Shown in pieces: positions 38,349-46,990 of a stretch of DNA of 61,372 nucleotides (its first letter is position 1; every line of letters begins with the position of its first letter). The stretch comes from a virus. Taxonomy: Duplodnaviria > Caudoviricetes. A program made the position numbers and the translations under genes. Where the stretch lies: IMG/VR virus record IMGVR_UViG_3300025030_000109, positions 1 through 61,372 of that record, one strand, 5' to 3'. The notes beneath the pieces are model-generated. The model was not told where the DNA came from. It ran no database searches and worked only from the letters and a program-made list of their open reading frames with translations.

Positions 38349-38617
38349 AGCAGATACCCCTCTTTCCGCATCTGCTTCCGCAAGCGCAGTCGCGCAAAAT
38401 ACTTGGCCTGTTCGTCCTTCAAGTTCGCCGTATTGCAGGCGGTAGAGCAGAAGCTGCCGACGCTGGCGAGGTGTACCTGGTCAGAAGCCTTGAAAATGAA
38501 CTCCGAACCACACTTCTTGCAGACCCGCTGCTCGTCGGCGTAGATGTGCGCTGGACTCCGGTCGCTTTTGATCTTGATCGGTTTAGGTTCCTCGGCCCGG
38601 CGGTGCGGGCCACTCAT
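38345..38617 (-). CDS. Zinc-finger hypothetical protein
   Basis: CKKCG...FCSTAC; ATGA overlap. Confidence 0.55.
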   Translation of the reverse strand: MSGPHRRAEEPKPIKIKSDRSPAHIYADEQRVCKKCGSEFIFKASDQVHLASVGSFCSTACNTANLKDEQAKYFARLRLRKQMRKEGYLL

Positions 38618-38823
38618 CTCGCCCTCCGGGCCGCCTCGCGCCGCATCTCCGCGGCGTCGAAGTTCTCCGGCGAGGGGATCGGGGAGCGGCACACATCGAT
38701 GGCGACGATAAGGGTGAGCAGCAGGAGAACGAAGACTGCAGCGAAGATCCTGGTGTTCCGTCTGCGCGCTGCTCGCAACAGCTCGGCACGCTGGGCGCGG
38801 TATTCTGTAAGTGCGTCGTGCAT
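38614..38823 (-). CDS. Small single-TM protein
   Basis: IFAAVFVLLLLTLIVAI; AGGAGG RBS. Confidence 0.6.
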   Translation of the reverse strand: MHDALTEYRAQRAELLRAARRRNTRIFAAVFVLLLLTLIVAIDVCRSPIPSPENFDAAEMRREAARRAR

Positions 38824-38855
38824 GGTGGGCCTCCTAAATGCATATCAGTGATCTG

Positions 38856-38895
38856 AATTTACTTCAGACGCTCCCTTTTGTCAAGAACTTTATTT
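38856..38895 (-). promoter_or_regulatory. AATAAAGTTCTTGAC-family promoter embedded in the VRR-NUC 3' end
   Basis: AAATAAAGTTCTTGACA-N17-TAAATT. Confidence 0.75.
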
Positions 38896-39238
38896 CAGCA
38901 TCTACTTTTTTCCTCCAGGTCTCCACAAAGACCAGGTCCTCCACGCAGCGCACCACGAAAGCAACGGCGCCGGTGGTGTTGATTGCCTTGAGCTGATGCG
39001 CTTGGAGCGGGGTCGGATCTTTCCCCAGAACCTTGGTCTCGATGGTGAAGAAACGGCCGCGGTAGTGACCGTGGATATCGGGCTGGCCCATCACACCTTG
39101 GAAGGCGGGGACTGGGAAGTGAAACCAACCTGTGTGCTGCTCGGTAACCTTGACGGCGTCCTTGGAAGCACACAGGCCGATCCCTGTGAGGTAGGTGCGG
39201 CAGGCGTCTTTGACTCTTCCTTCAGGGGTCTTGCTCAT
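38864..39238 (-). CDS. VRR-NUC nuclease / Holliday junction resolvase-like
   Basis: TPEGRVK, GQPDI, IETK, PTPLQ, GAVAFVV. Confidence 0.85.
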   Translation of the reverse strand: MSKTPEGRVKDACRTYLTGIGLCASKDAVKVTEQHTGWFHFPVPAFQGVMGQPDIHGHYRGRFFTIETKVLGKDPTPLQAHQLKAINTTGAVAFVVRCVEDLVFVETWRKKVDAEIKFLTKGSV

Positions 39239-39867
39239 ACCAGATCATCAAAGACGACCAGCACTCGCCGCATCATCTCCGCCAGGAGAGGTATTGCAAC
39301 CTCCCTCATCTGAGGGTGGGCTGCCGGCGCCGTGCGCAGCTTGAAGAAGTGCCGCCACTCCCTGAAGTTGGCAGTCATGACGATCTCGGTCTTGAGGCTG
39401 TTCGGGAGGACGGAGCGTGCCTGCTCAGGGCGCCAACCCTGATCGCGCAGGGTCTTGTACGCTATCTCAGCGTTGAGCATGTGATTGAACCACATTGCCC
39501 CGGGGATGTCGCGTATCTCGACCCTCTCGTAGTCGCCCGGTGCCGCATCACACCAGGGCGGAATCACAAAGGCTACATGCCCGCCCTCATAGTCACAGTA
39601 CCGGGTACTCTCCTGGCTGTAACTGGCGATCCTATGCCGCACGATCTCATGACTTACACCGCGGTCCACGATGAACCTGACGGTCGCGCTGGCGTGCTCC
39701 AGGACCGTCTCGTGACCCTGCTTGATGATCTTGGCGGCGAATGCGGGAGCGGAGGACTCGCTCATCTTCTCCTCGCTCTTGTAGCAGGTCCTGCCGGCCA
39801 CCTCGATGAGTTGTAGGGCATTCGGGGTGATGGTGAGGATCTCGGACGAAGGCTTAACGAGGAGCAT
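39235..39867 (-). CDS. thyX: FAD-dependent thymidylate synthase
   Basis: GHETVLEH, RHRIASYSQESTRY, ARSVLP, AHPQMR. Confidence 0.95.
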   Translation of the reverse strand: MLLVKPSSEILTITPNALQLIEVAGRTCYKSEEKMSESSAPAFAAKIIKQGHETVLEHASATVRFIVDRGVSHEIVRHRIASYSQESTRYCDYEGGHVAFVIPPWCDAAPGDYERVEIRDIPGAMWFNHMLNAEIAYKTLRDQGWRPEQARSVLPNSLKTEIVMTANFREWRHFFKLRTAPAAHPQMREVAIPLLAEMMRRVLVVFDDLV

Positions 39868-40387
39868 GGTTGAGCCTCCTGTGGTCCTCTGCGAGGACGC
39901 GAGCGAACTGCGCGGCGTACTGGTCCAGATCCTCCAGCGACCCGTTGTTGTCGACGTAGGTGGTGTAGGGGTGGTTCTCCACGTTCTTGTCGGCGTGGTT
40001 GCCGAAGACGTTCACGCCGTCCCGAGAGACCAGCACTGAGATCGAGCCTTCATGCGCCTCAAGGAACTTGGCGATCTCCTGCGGCTCCCGGATGTGGAAG
40101 AACATGACGTCGAGGTTTCGCTCGGCGATCAACCCTGACATGAACTTCATCGGGCCGTCGAACACCTGCGTCGAGAGGTCTTTCAGGTCGGAAAGGAACT
40201 GACGGCCTCTCTCGTCCTTCACCTCGTCCCAGCCGAGGATGCGCGCAGCGCGCTTCACCTGGTCGACGCTTGAGTGGTTGCTGGAGGTCAGGTTCTCCCC
40301 CTGTAGATGCTCCCTCACCATCTCCACGAATGTGTCCTTCCCCGTCCCTCCTGCGCCGTTGATCACAACGGCAAGTGTCTTCCCCAT
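39854..40387 (-). CDS. P-loop (deoxy)nucleotide kinase-like protein
   Basis: INGAGGTGKDT, IREPQE, NNGSLEDL. Confidence 0.75.
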   Translation of the reverse strand: MGKTLAVVINGAGGTGKDTFVEMVREHLQGENLTSSNHSSVDQVKRAARILGWDEVKDERGRQFLSDLKDLSTQVFDGPMKFMSGLIAERNLDVMFFHIREPQEIAKFLEAHEGSISVLVSRDGVNVFGNHADKNVENHPYTTYVDNNGSLEDLDQYAAQFARVLAEDHRRLNHAPR

Positions 40388-40415
40388 CCCATCCTCCTGT
40401 TGGTAAGTTGATAAC

Positions 40416-40586
40416 TTATGTGGATAACTTCTTGCGGTCGCTTTTCTTCACCCGGCGACTCTGCTTCCTGATCGTCGGTCGGAGTGCGCCCAGCATGTCC
40501 AGCTCCCTCCTCTGCTCCGGCGAGACGCTCCCCAGGATCGGACCCAGGGAACGCAGTTCGCGGGTTACTTCGTCGTCTTCAGTCAT
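40416..40586 (-). CDS. Hypothetical protein (56 aa)
   Basis: AAGGAG RBS; basic C-terminus. Confidence 0.5.
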   Translation of the reverse strand: MTEDDEVTRELRSLGPILGSVSPEQRRELDMLGALRPTIRKQSRRVKKSDRKKLST

Positions 40587-41091
40587 TCATGCTTCTCCTT
40601 TCGTAGTAAGCACCCTCGTAGTCGGGGTGAAAGTTGGGGCAGGCGAACTCTCCAAAGAGTTCCCGAGCCTTGCGGTCGTAAGCAAAAGCTGCTTCTATGG
40701 TGGATAGGTATTCCCCAATGTGGGCCTGTTTTCCAGCGTGTGTAATTCTCGCTTCCCACTTTAGGCCGCCTTTCCGTGCGTGGACACCTTTTAGCTTGTG
40801 GGCACTACGTCGACCATTCATCTTATTCTGGCTATTGCTGGCTACACGCAAATTGTGCCGTTGGTTGTTGGTGCCGTCCCCATCTTTGTGGTCGACCAAG
40901 ACTCCATCAGGAGCATCCAAAATCAACCGGTGCATCCTGACCTTGCGACCCACACCTTGCACAAAAATCGTTGTTCGGGCGTACCAGTTGTTGCCGATAC
41001 CTACATAGTGCCACCGGTGCTTGGACACCAAAGCATAATCAGCATCATCTACGAGTGCAATTTTGCCGTGGGTGAGTGGAATTTCTTTCAT
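40579..41091 (-). CDS. HNH-AP2 homing endonuclease
   Basis: IPLTxGKxALVDDAD, MHRLI, VDHKDGDGTNNQRHNLR, AP2 WEARI...AAFAYD...GEFA. Confidence 0.9.
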   Translation of the reverse strand: MKEIPLTHGKIALVDDADYALVSKHRWHYVGIGNNWYARTTIFVQGVGRKVRMHRLILDAPDGVLVDHKDGDGTNNQRHNLRVASNSQNKMNGRRSAHKLKGVHARKGGLKWEARITHAGKQAHIGEYLSTIEAAFAYDRKARELFGEFACPNFHPDYEGAYYERRSMND

Positions 41092-42260
41092 GCTTTGCGG
41101 CCGTTGTGGTGGCATGTGAAGTCGTCGCAGTAACCCTTGCAGAGGAAGTTGGGCGTGCAGGGGAAAACTTCGTCCCGGCACGCTATCTCCATACGATCTG
41201 TGATGCAGTCGATCTTGTCCCAGATACCTGGGATGTCGGCCTTAGTGATAGGCTTCTTCAACCCCACCAGAGCCTTTGCAGGGTCGGCCTCTTTTACAAA
41301 GATAAGCTTGCCATCAGCCTCATCAAACTGCTCACCTAAGTGGAGGTCCGCAAGAGCAACCATAACCTCCACTTGGAAGGGGTCGTCCTTAATCTTCCCA
41401 AACTTCCAGTCGATGTAATTGAGTTTACGATCTTTTATGGCCAGTACGTCGCCCCTGCCTCGAATGTGGACAATTTTATTGTCCCACCAGCCGCAGGGTT
41501 TTTTGTCCTTGGTGCAGCATAGTTCTTTCTCGACGTGGATAGTTGCCCCGGAGCGTATGAAGAAGTCACAGTACCGTTTGACCTTGGGGAGGTATGTGGG
41601 GTCGACAGGCAGGCTCTTGCCTTGCGCGTTCAGCAGGTAGTTCTCCGCAGTCTTATGCCCACGGTTCCCGTCTGCCATCGCCTCCGACTCGACGTACTTC
41701 ACGGTCTTGAAATACTTGGATGCAGCCCATTTACGTGCGCAAAGCATAAACTCCGTCATGCCTGTGTAGCTGGTGGCGAAGTGAGGCTGCGGGTCGATGA
41801 GGCGCTTCTTGGCGAGCACCTGCGGCGCGGACGCGACGAGCGCGTCGAGGTTCAGTCCTAAGTCGAGGTCGAGATTCAAAATTTCCTCCTGGGGTTCAAG
41901 ATCATTAAAAACAAGGGGCTCGGTCTGTCCCGAAGGCACCGACCCGTAGACCTCGACCTGAAGGTCTCCTTTCGGGGGTGACTGCAGGTGCTTAGTCCTC
42001 TGGAAATACTCCTGCACTTTAGCCGGTACGGGCCAGGCACCGGGGCGCAGGGTCGCGGTCTGCACGTCCCTCTGCCAGGTGCGCCACAGGTTCACAGGAG
42101 GCAAGGCGTTCGCCCCGCGGCGGTCGGGGCCTGCGACCAGGTAGCCGCAGCGGTCGGAGACGGGCTTCTTGGACTCCAGCACGTCCGGGAAGGTCAGGGT
42201 GTGGAGCAGGACGGAGGCGGCCGGCGCGGTGCGCTCGGGGGGTAGGACTTCGATGGTCAC
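41088..42260 (-). CDS. Cas4-like PD-(D/E)xK exonuclease with N-terminal extension
   Basis: SYT..CARK, GNRGH, RGRGD, IDWKFGK, C-terminal LCKGYC...C cluster. Confidence 0.8.
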   Translation of the reverse strand: MTIEVLPPERTAPAASVLLHTLTFPDVLESKKPVSDRCGYLVAGPDRRGANALPPVNLWRTWQRDVQTATLRPGAWPVPAKVQEYFQRTKHLQSPPKGDLQVEVYGSVPSGQTEPLVFNDLEPQEEILNLDLDLGLNLDALVASAPQVLAKKRLIDPQPHFATSYTGMTEFMLCARKWAASKYFKTVKYVESEAMADGNRGHKTAENYLLNAQGKSLPVDPTYLPKVKRYCDFFIRSGATIHVEKELCCTKDKKPCGWWDNKIVHIRGRGDVLAIKDRKLNYIDWKFGKIKDDPFQVEVMVALADLHLGEQFDEADGKLIFVKEADPAKALVGLKKPITKADIPGIWDKIDCITDRMEIACRDEVFPCTPNFLCKGYCDDFTCHHNGRKA

Positions 42261-42625
42261 GGCTTCGCCTCCTTCCAGGTGAACGTCACTTTTGCTATGC
42301 CCCAGCAGTTTGCATATGTCTCCTCCTTGCTCACACTCCGCATCACCGGCTGCGGCTTGGGGTGGGTGAAGGTGCCGGTGAGTTTGACTTTTTGATATAA
42401 ATATTTCGCGTGATCAGCAGGCTCTTGCTGATAGATCTCCCCGCGCTGTACCTGCATCCATCTCGTGCCAAGATCAACCTCCACCGTCTCCATCTCGGGC
42501 GGCGGGTTAAGGATGGCGTTAACATCGGCATCAAACTGGAATAGCGCCTCACGATCTCCTAGCGCAAATATTTTGGTTTTGGCTAACTCCACCACTTCCT
42601 TGTACCTCTCTAATTCCGTCTTCAT
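42257..42625 (-). CDS. Hypothetical protein
   Basis: GGAGG RBS; coupled on both sides. Confidence 0.6.
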   Translation of the reverse strand: MKTELERYKEVVELAKTKIFALGDREALFQFDADVNAILNPPPEMETVEVDLGTRWMQVQRGEIYQQEPADHAKYLYQKVKLTGTFTHPKPQPVMRSVSKEETYANCWGIAKVTFTWKEAKP

Positions 42626-43686
42626 ATCTCCTCCCTCCACTCCCTCGCCACCGGCTGGAACGGCACGCCGGCGTCGGTCAGCAGGCTGTACTCGATGGTG
42701 AGGCGCCGGCCGATGTAGTTCGCAGCGTTTCTCAACACCTCGGCTTTCTCCTCGTGGCTCCCAGGTGCCACCGGCCGCACCTCCTTGCCGTCATCGGTGA
42801 GGCAGACGCAGATCACCGTCCCGCTCTTCTCCGCCTGGATGATGTCCTTGACCGTGACCTCCATGTCCAGGAACTCCTTGATCTTGATCAGCGAGTTGCT
42901 CCGGATGCCGTCTTCGTAGGGCGCGTCGTTGGTTCGGAGGATGAGGCCCTCGAAGCGGCGCGCACGCGCCTGGGCGAAAAGGTACGCCTGGTTCTCCTCA
43001 CTCTTGTAGGGCGCGTTCGCCAGAACTGTTGCAGGGGCGTCGGTGCCCCACGCAGGGATCAGATCCGAAAGCTCCAGGTACCGATCCAGAAAGGTATCCA
43101 GAGAGATGAGATCGTAACAGAAGTACTTAAGCTTCAGCGACTCGGGCTGCTGTTTCTTGATCCACGAGCCGATGGTCTGCAATTTCGTCCCGTGGTGGTA
43201 GAGCTCGCCGTCGATGAAGGTCCCCTCGGGGAGCCGGGGCTCCAGGAACTCGGAGACATGGGGGAGCGTGATCGGCTTCCCCTGCCGGCTGTAGAGCAGG
43301 ATCTCGCCGTCCTGCTTGGTGGCGAGGCAGCGATGCCCGTCCAGCTTCAGCTGGAGTACGGCGCCCTCGTGGTTGATCTTCTTGACTTTCTTCAGCGGCT
43401 GCGCCAGCATAGGGAGGGGCAGGCCCATCTGGTTCGTCTTCCCCTGGAGCGCCTCCTCGCGGGTGTCGACGTAGCCTCGGTCCCGCTGGCGGGAGATCCT
43501 GGAGCGGACACGGAGGGCGACCTGCTCGACGATCGATCGGCCGGAGGCATTGGTGGTGACCGTCTCGCTGTGCTCCACCTCCTGACCTCCCTCGACCGTC
43601 GCGTGGGCGATGGTGATGTATGGTCCTGTGGCGCGGATGCGCCAGGTGCCGATGCCGTTTACATGCTTGCGGTACAGGGTGAGCAT
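42622..43686 (-). CDS. ATP-dependent DNA ligase
   Basis: KLDGHR, YSRQG, IDGELY, EGLILR, KIK, C-terminal OB fold. Confidence 0.9.
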   Translation of the reverse strand: MLTLYRKHVNGIGTWRIRATGPYITIAHATVEGGQEVEHSETVTTNASGRSIVEQVALRVRSRISRQRDRGYVDTREEALQGKTNQMGLPLPMLAQPLKKVKKINHEGAVLQLKLDGHRCLATKQDGEILLYSRQGKPITLPHVSEFLEPRLPEGTFIDGELYHHGTKLQTIGSWIKKQQPESLKLKYFCYDLISLDTFLDRYLELSDLIPAWGTDAPATVLANAPYKSEENQAYLFAQARARRFEGLILRTNDAPYEDGIRSNSLIKIKEFLDMEVTVKDIIQAEKSGTVICVCLTDDGKEVRPVAPGSHEEKAEVLRNAANYIGRRLTIEYSLLTDAGVPFQPVAREWREEI

Positions 43687-43699
43687 TTCAATCCTCCTT

Positions 43700-46675
43700 T
43701 TAGAGACTCTTCAAATCGCCCCAAGACTCAGGGCTCAGTTTGGCATCGACGGGGAAGGTGATCGGGAGATCTACACCCCAGGCTTTTTTATAAGGCAGGT
43801 TCGACAGCACATGCTTGAAGGTCTCGGCGGCCTGACGAGCCACGGCGTGCGGGAAGATGAAGAACAGGCCGTCGTGGAGCTCGAAGTAGAAATAGCCGTT
43901 GAACTTGGGGAGCAGGTTGCGCGCTACGGCAAGCGCTAGATATTTCTGGTCTCCACCTGTTCCCTGAATAGGGTAGTTGATGGCGGAACTCTCCATCTCC
44001 CAGGCGTCACGACCCGCCCACGAGCCCAGAAGCTGCACCCTGCGGCCGGCGAAGGTCTCAGCATACCCTAGCTGACGACACTTTGCTATCTGAGTCTGCC
44101 AATAGCCAGAGTTGCAGGCACCGCGGCCTCCGTTCGGGCCACCCGAGACTTTGACGAAGGTCGCCTTGTAGGTGGCGAGGAACTGCTTGACCGCCTCTTC
44201 CTGGATGTCCAGCTCGTAATCGACCCGGGCTTTCTTCGTTGCACTTTTAGAGCCAATTCTGTACTGGAAGCTCAGGTTGCTGTTGGAAATCAGGTAGTTA
44301 GATACAGTGAAGCGATTGCGGGGTCCGGCGTTGGTGATATCGTACACCCTTTTGGTTTGCAGCTTGGAGCACACCATCGCTCCACTATTTGATCCAGAGT
44401 CAGCCCCTTTGAGACGAGATTCTGAACTACGATCTCCGCATACCTGACTTCCGGGTGCATTGTCCGGAGTACGTGATACACATGCTTTCTGGGTATCTGC
44501 TTGCCTCTGTACTCCAGGTACTTGTTTCCACGCTTGTTCTGTAAATTCTCCGCTCTCATCAAAAGCCTCAAGTTCCCCGGCTCGTAGTGGCCATCGTTCT
44601 CTTTCCGGTCGATGTCCAGCTTCAGGTACGTTGGATGTGGTAACTCCTTCAGAACGTAGGCTATCGCCTCCGCTACCGTCTTGAATCTGAACTGAATCCC
44701 ACGCCCTCCGTAGTTCTTGTACGACAGGTCTTTGATGTTCTCGCACCGCTGCTTCATCGCGTTGCACCGCTTCTGCACTCGGGCTACTGCCGCGCTGCTG
44801 ATCATCGCGTGACCCTCGTTGGTATGCCGCATCCGGGTTGCGCACGCCTTGCACTGCGTAGCCTTCCCAGATTTCAGGTTGTCCTTGTTCACCCATAAGC
44901 CGCTGCCGCATTTCGTGCAGAGACAGTCGACCTTCAGGACTTTCCCTTCGCGCATCAAATTCTGCGAGACGATCTTCAGGAACCCGAATTGCGAATTTAC
45001 CATCTCCGGTCTGAGCAAGGCGGCTTCCCGCTGCGGCGGCCTGTCCGAACTGGCACCAACTACCGTCCTCCAGATAAACCATGTGGTCGAGCGTTGCTGT
45101 GAGTCCTGCATACGTGATAGTCTCCTTTTCGCCTTGATACACCGATCCTGTGTGCGCGACGAACTCTACCCCATCCCATACTCTCATGTCAAGAGAAACT
45201 TTCTCTATAGCGACTAGGCCACAGTCAGTCAGAACAAGCTCACCCTCCGCCACGCAGAACTTCCCCAGCTTTCTCTGAAGGTTCGCCTCGGCGTCGTCGG
45301 CCGCCACCCGCTGAATCAGGGTGCGGTAGTCGATCCCCGCGATCTGCGCTCCCATGTAGGAGTGCGCGTCCTCGCCAGGTTCCCGCAGGGAGAGCATGGT
45401 CTCGTCGCCGGACGCGACAGCCATCCAGCCGAACTCTTGGCCGGCGAAGTCGAGCTCCACAAGCGTGTACCCTTCGGGCGGCCTGATCAGGCGCCGAAAG
45501 TCCTTGCCTCGTTTCCACTGGTGCAAGGCGATCCCTGTCGGGAACTCCTCGTTGTTGGTCCCCAAATCCTTGTCGCCCTTGCGCTTCTGGCTGGAACTGT
45601 AGGTCATCCTGGAGCTGTACGTGGAGAAGATCCTGGCACCCGGGCGGACGCAGCCGTCACCGTTGTAGGCCAGGCTCTTCAGCGTCCCCTCGGCGTACTT
45701 GGTGCAGTTCCCCTTAGCCTCGCGCACATCCTTCAAGAGCTTCGCCCTGGGGTCGATGAAAGCGAGCTCGTAGAGCGCGTACTTGTCGGTGCTGGGCGCC
45801 TGAGTCTTCTTGGACACACCCTGGATCGGCAGGCCCCATGTATCGTAGAGGAGCGTAGCCAACTGCTTGGGACTTCCCAGATTCACGAAATTGGTCTCCG
45901 GATTCTCCGCCTGAAGCGTCCGCAGCTGCTTTGCCGTGAGCCCGCTCTCGACGAAACCCATCCCCGGGTTAGCCTCCAACAGCGCGGCACGAGCCTTGTC
46001 TCCATCCTTGAGCAGCTGATCTTTCAGCGCCAGGGCTTTCTCCTTCGACGACTTGATACCCAAGACGTGAGTCTTCGCCACCTGCGGGATGCTCTGCGCC
46101 TCGATGAGCGCCGCGCGCCTCTGCTGAGGCGTCAGGTGACTCCAGAACATCTCTCCCAGGCGCACGGCGAAGCGTGTGTCCTCCTTACACCGGAAGAGGA
46201 GCAGCTTCAACTCCTCGGGATCTCTGGTCTGGAAATTGGTGAAGTCCTTGAACCCTGCCTCGTCCGGGAAGAACTCATGCATGGCGGCTTCCAGCTTGTA
46301 GGACTTCCGCTTGGCCGCCGGCACCTCGTCGCCCTCGGGAGCCACAACCCAATGCTTCCACAGCAACATGGAGTCCAACCACTTCAGCCGGAAGACCAGG
46401 TCCTCAAGACCGAGAGCGACCAGGAAGGCGGCGTCGAAGGCTACGTTCCAGCCGCAGATGTAAAGGTCCTGCGCGAGTATCTGCTCCAGGGAGCGGCGTA
46501 TCAGGTCGGTTTTAGGGTAGAGCTGCCCGACGGATTTCTCACCGAAGGTCCACGCAACTGCGGAGACCCAGGCAGCGCCGGAGCAAGCTCGGAAGGGTTG
46601 CAGAGCGTACTCGGGGAGCGATCCCTGGGTCTCCAGGTCGAAGCCTGCAACCTGCGTGTTGAAGTCTATGTTCAA
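43700..46675 (-). CDS. polA: Family A DNA polymerase (3'-5' exo + pol) containing an intein
   Basis: Exo FDLET, WNVAFD; motif A ELDFAGQE; motif B RKLGKF/SNLSFQY split by intein; AINYPIQG; motif C LHDG. Confidence 0.9.
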   Translation of the reverse strand: MNIDFNTQVAGFDLETQGSLPEYALQPFRACSGAAWVSAVAWTFGEKSVGQLYPKTDLIRRSLEQILAQDLYICGWNVAFDAAFLVALGLEDLVFRLKWLDSMLLWKHWVVAPEGDEVPAAKRKSYKLEAAMHEFFPDEAGFKDFTNFQTRDPEELKLLLFRCKEDTRFAVRLGEMFWSHLTPQQRRAALIEAQSIPQVAKTHVLGIKSSKEKALALKDQLLKDGDKARAALLEANPGMGFVESGLTAKQLRTLQAENPETNFVNLGSPKQLATLLYDTWGLPIQGVSKKTQAPSTDKYALYELAFIDPRAKLLKDVREAKGNCTKYAEGTLKSLAYNGDGCVRPGARIFSTYSSRMTYSSSQKRKGDKDLGTNNEEFPTGIALHQWKRGKDFRRLIRPPEGYTLVELDFAGQEFGWMAVASGDETMLSLREPGEDAHSYMGAQIAGIDYRTLIQRVAADDAEANLQRKLGKFCVAEGELVLTDCGLVAIEKVSLDMRVWDGVEFVAHTGSVYQGEKETITYAGLTATLDHMVYLEDGSWCQFGQAAAAGSRLAQTGDGKFAIRVPEDRLAEFDARRESPEGRLSLHEMRQRLMGEQGQPEIWEGYAVQGVRNPDAAYQRGSRDDQQRGSSPSAEAVQRDEAAVREHQRPVVQELRRAWDSVQIQDGSGGDSLRSEGVTTSNVPEAGHRPERERWPLRAGELEAFDESGEFTEQAWKQVPGVQRQADTQKACVSRTPDNAPGSQVCGDRSSESRLKGADSGSNSGAMVCSKLQTKRVYDITNAGPRNRFTVSNYLISNSNLSFQYRIGSKSATKKARVDYELDIQEEAVKQFLATYKATFVKVSGGPNGGRGACNSGYWQTQIAKCRQLGYAETFAGRRVQLLGSWAGRDAWEMESSAINYPIQGTGGDQKYLALAVARNLLPKFNGYFYFELHDGLFFIFPHAVARQAAETFKHVLSNLPYKKAWGVDLPITFPVDAKLSPESWGDLKSL
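44282..45256 (-). mobile_element. Intein (325 aa) in PolA motif B
   Basis: Block A CVAEGELVLT, block B LTATLDHMV, block F VYDI, block G RFTVSNYLISN followed by Ser+1; removal restores motif B. Confidence 0.9.
44290..45111 (-). CDS. HNH-type homing endonuclease nested in the +1 frame inside the intein
   Basis: 273-codon ORF with CLCTKCG, CKAC, MKQRC, YKNYGGRGI, IDRKENDGHYEPGNLRL; AAGGAG 10 nt upstream of ATG 45111. Confidence 0.85.
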   Translation of the reverse strand: MQDSQQRSTTWFIWRTVVGASSDRPPQREAALLRPEMVNSQFGFLKIVSQNLMREGKVLKVDCLCTKCGSGLWVNKDNLKSGKATQCKACATRMRHTNEGHAMISSAAVARVQKRCNAMKQRCENIKDLSYKNYGGRGIQFRFKTVAEAIAYVLKELPHPTYLKLDIDRKENDGHYEPGNLRLLMRAENLQNKRGNKYLEYRGKQIPRKHVYHVLRTMHPEVRYAEIVVQNLVSKGLTLDQIVERWCAPSCKPKGCTISPTPDPAIASLYLTT

Positions 46676-46707
46676 GTCCCGCCTCCAGTTTCATCGTAGT
46701 TCAGATC

Positions 46708-46746
46708 TTTATACGCTTGACTTCAGGCGGAGTCAAGAACTTTATT
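46708..46746 (-). promoter_or_regulatory. AATAAAGTTCTTGAC-family promoter for polA
   Basis: AATAAAGTTCTTGACT-N17-TATAAA; inverted repeat CTTGACT-N8-AGTCAAG over -35 and spacer. Confidence 0.8.
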
Positions 46747-46773
46747 CGGGGTTCGTTCATCGCTTCGCTCCCC

Positions 46774-46972
46774 TTAGTACTGCCCCTTGATCTCGGCCAG
46801 GAAGAACCGGCCCACGGACGGTGCCTGCTTCATCGCCTCGAAGACGTGCTCGGGGACCCCCTGGGTAGCTGTAGGTGCCGCCCTTGCAGAAGGTGACTTC
46901 GAGGATCTGATCCTCGGCGTCGTAGGAGTAGCTGTCGATCATACTGCTGTCCGGCCTGATTGTCTCGTTCTT
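46774..46972 (-). pseudogene. KTSC-domain gene with frameshift and apparently lost start codon
   Basis: SSMIDSYSYD...LEVTF..GGTYSYPG then +1 shift in a G5 run to VPEHVFEAMKQAPSVGRFF..EIKGQY; AAG where ATG is expected after AAGGAG. Confidence 0.75.
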
Positions 46973-46990
46973 TTTGTGGCTCCTTTTGGG

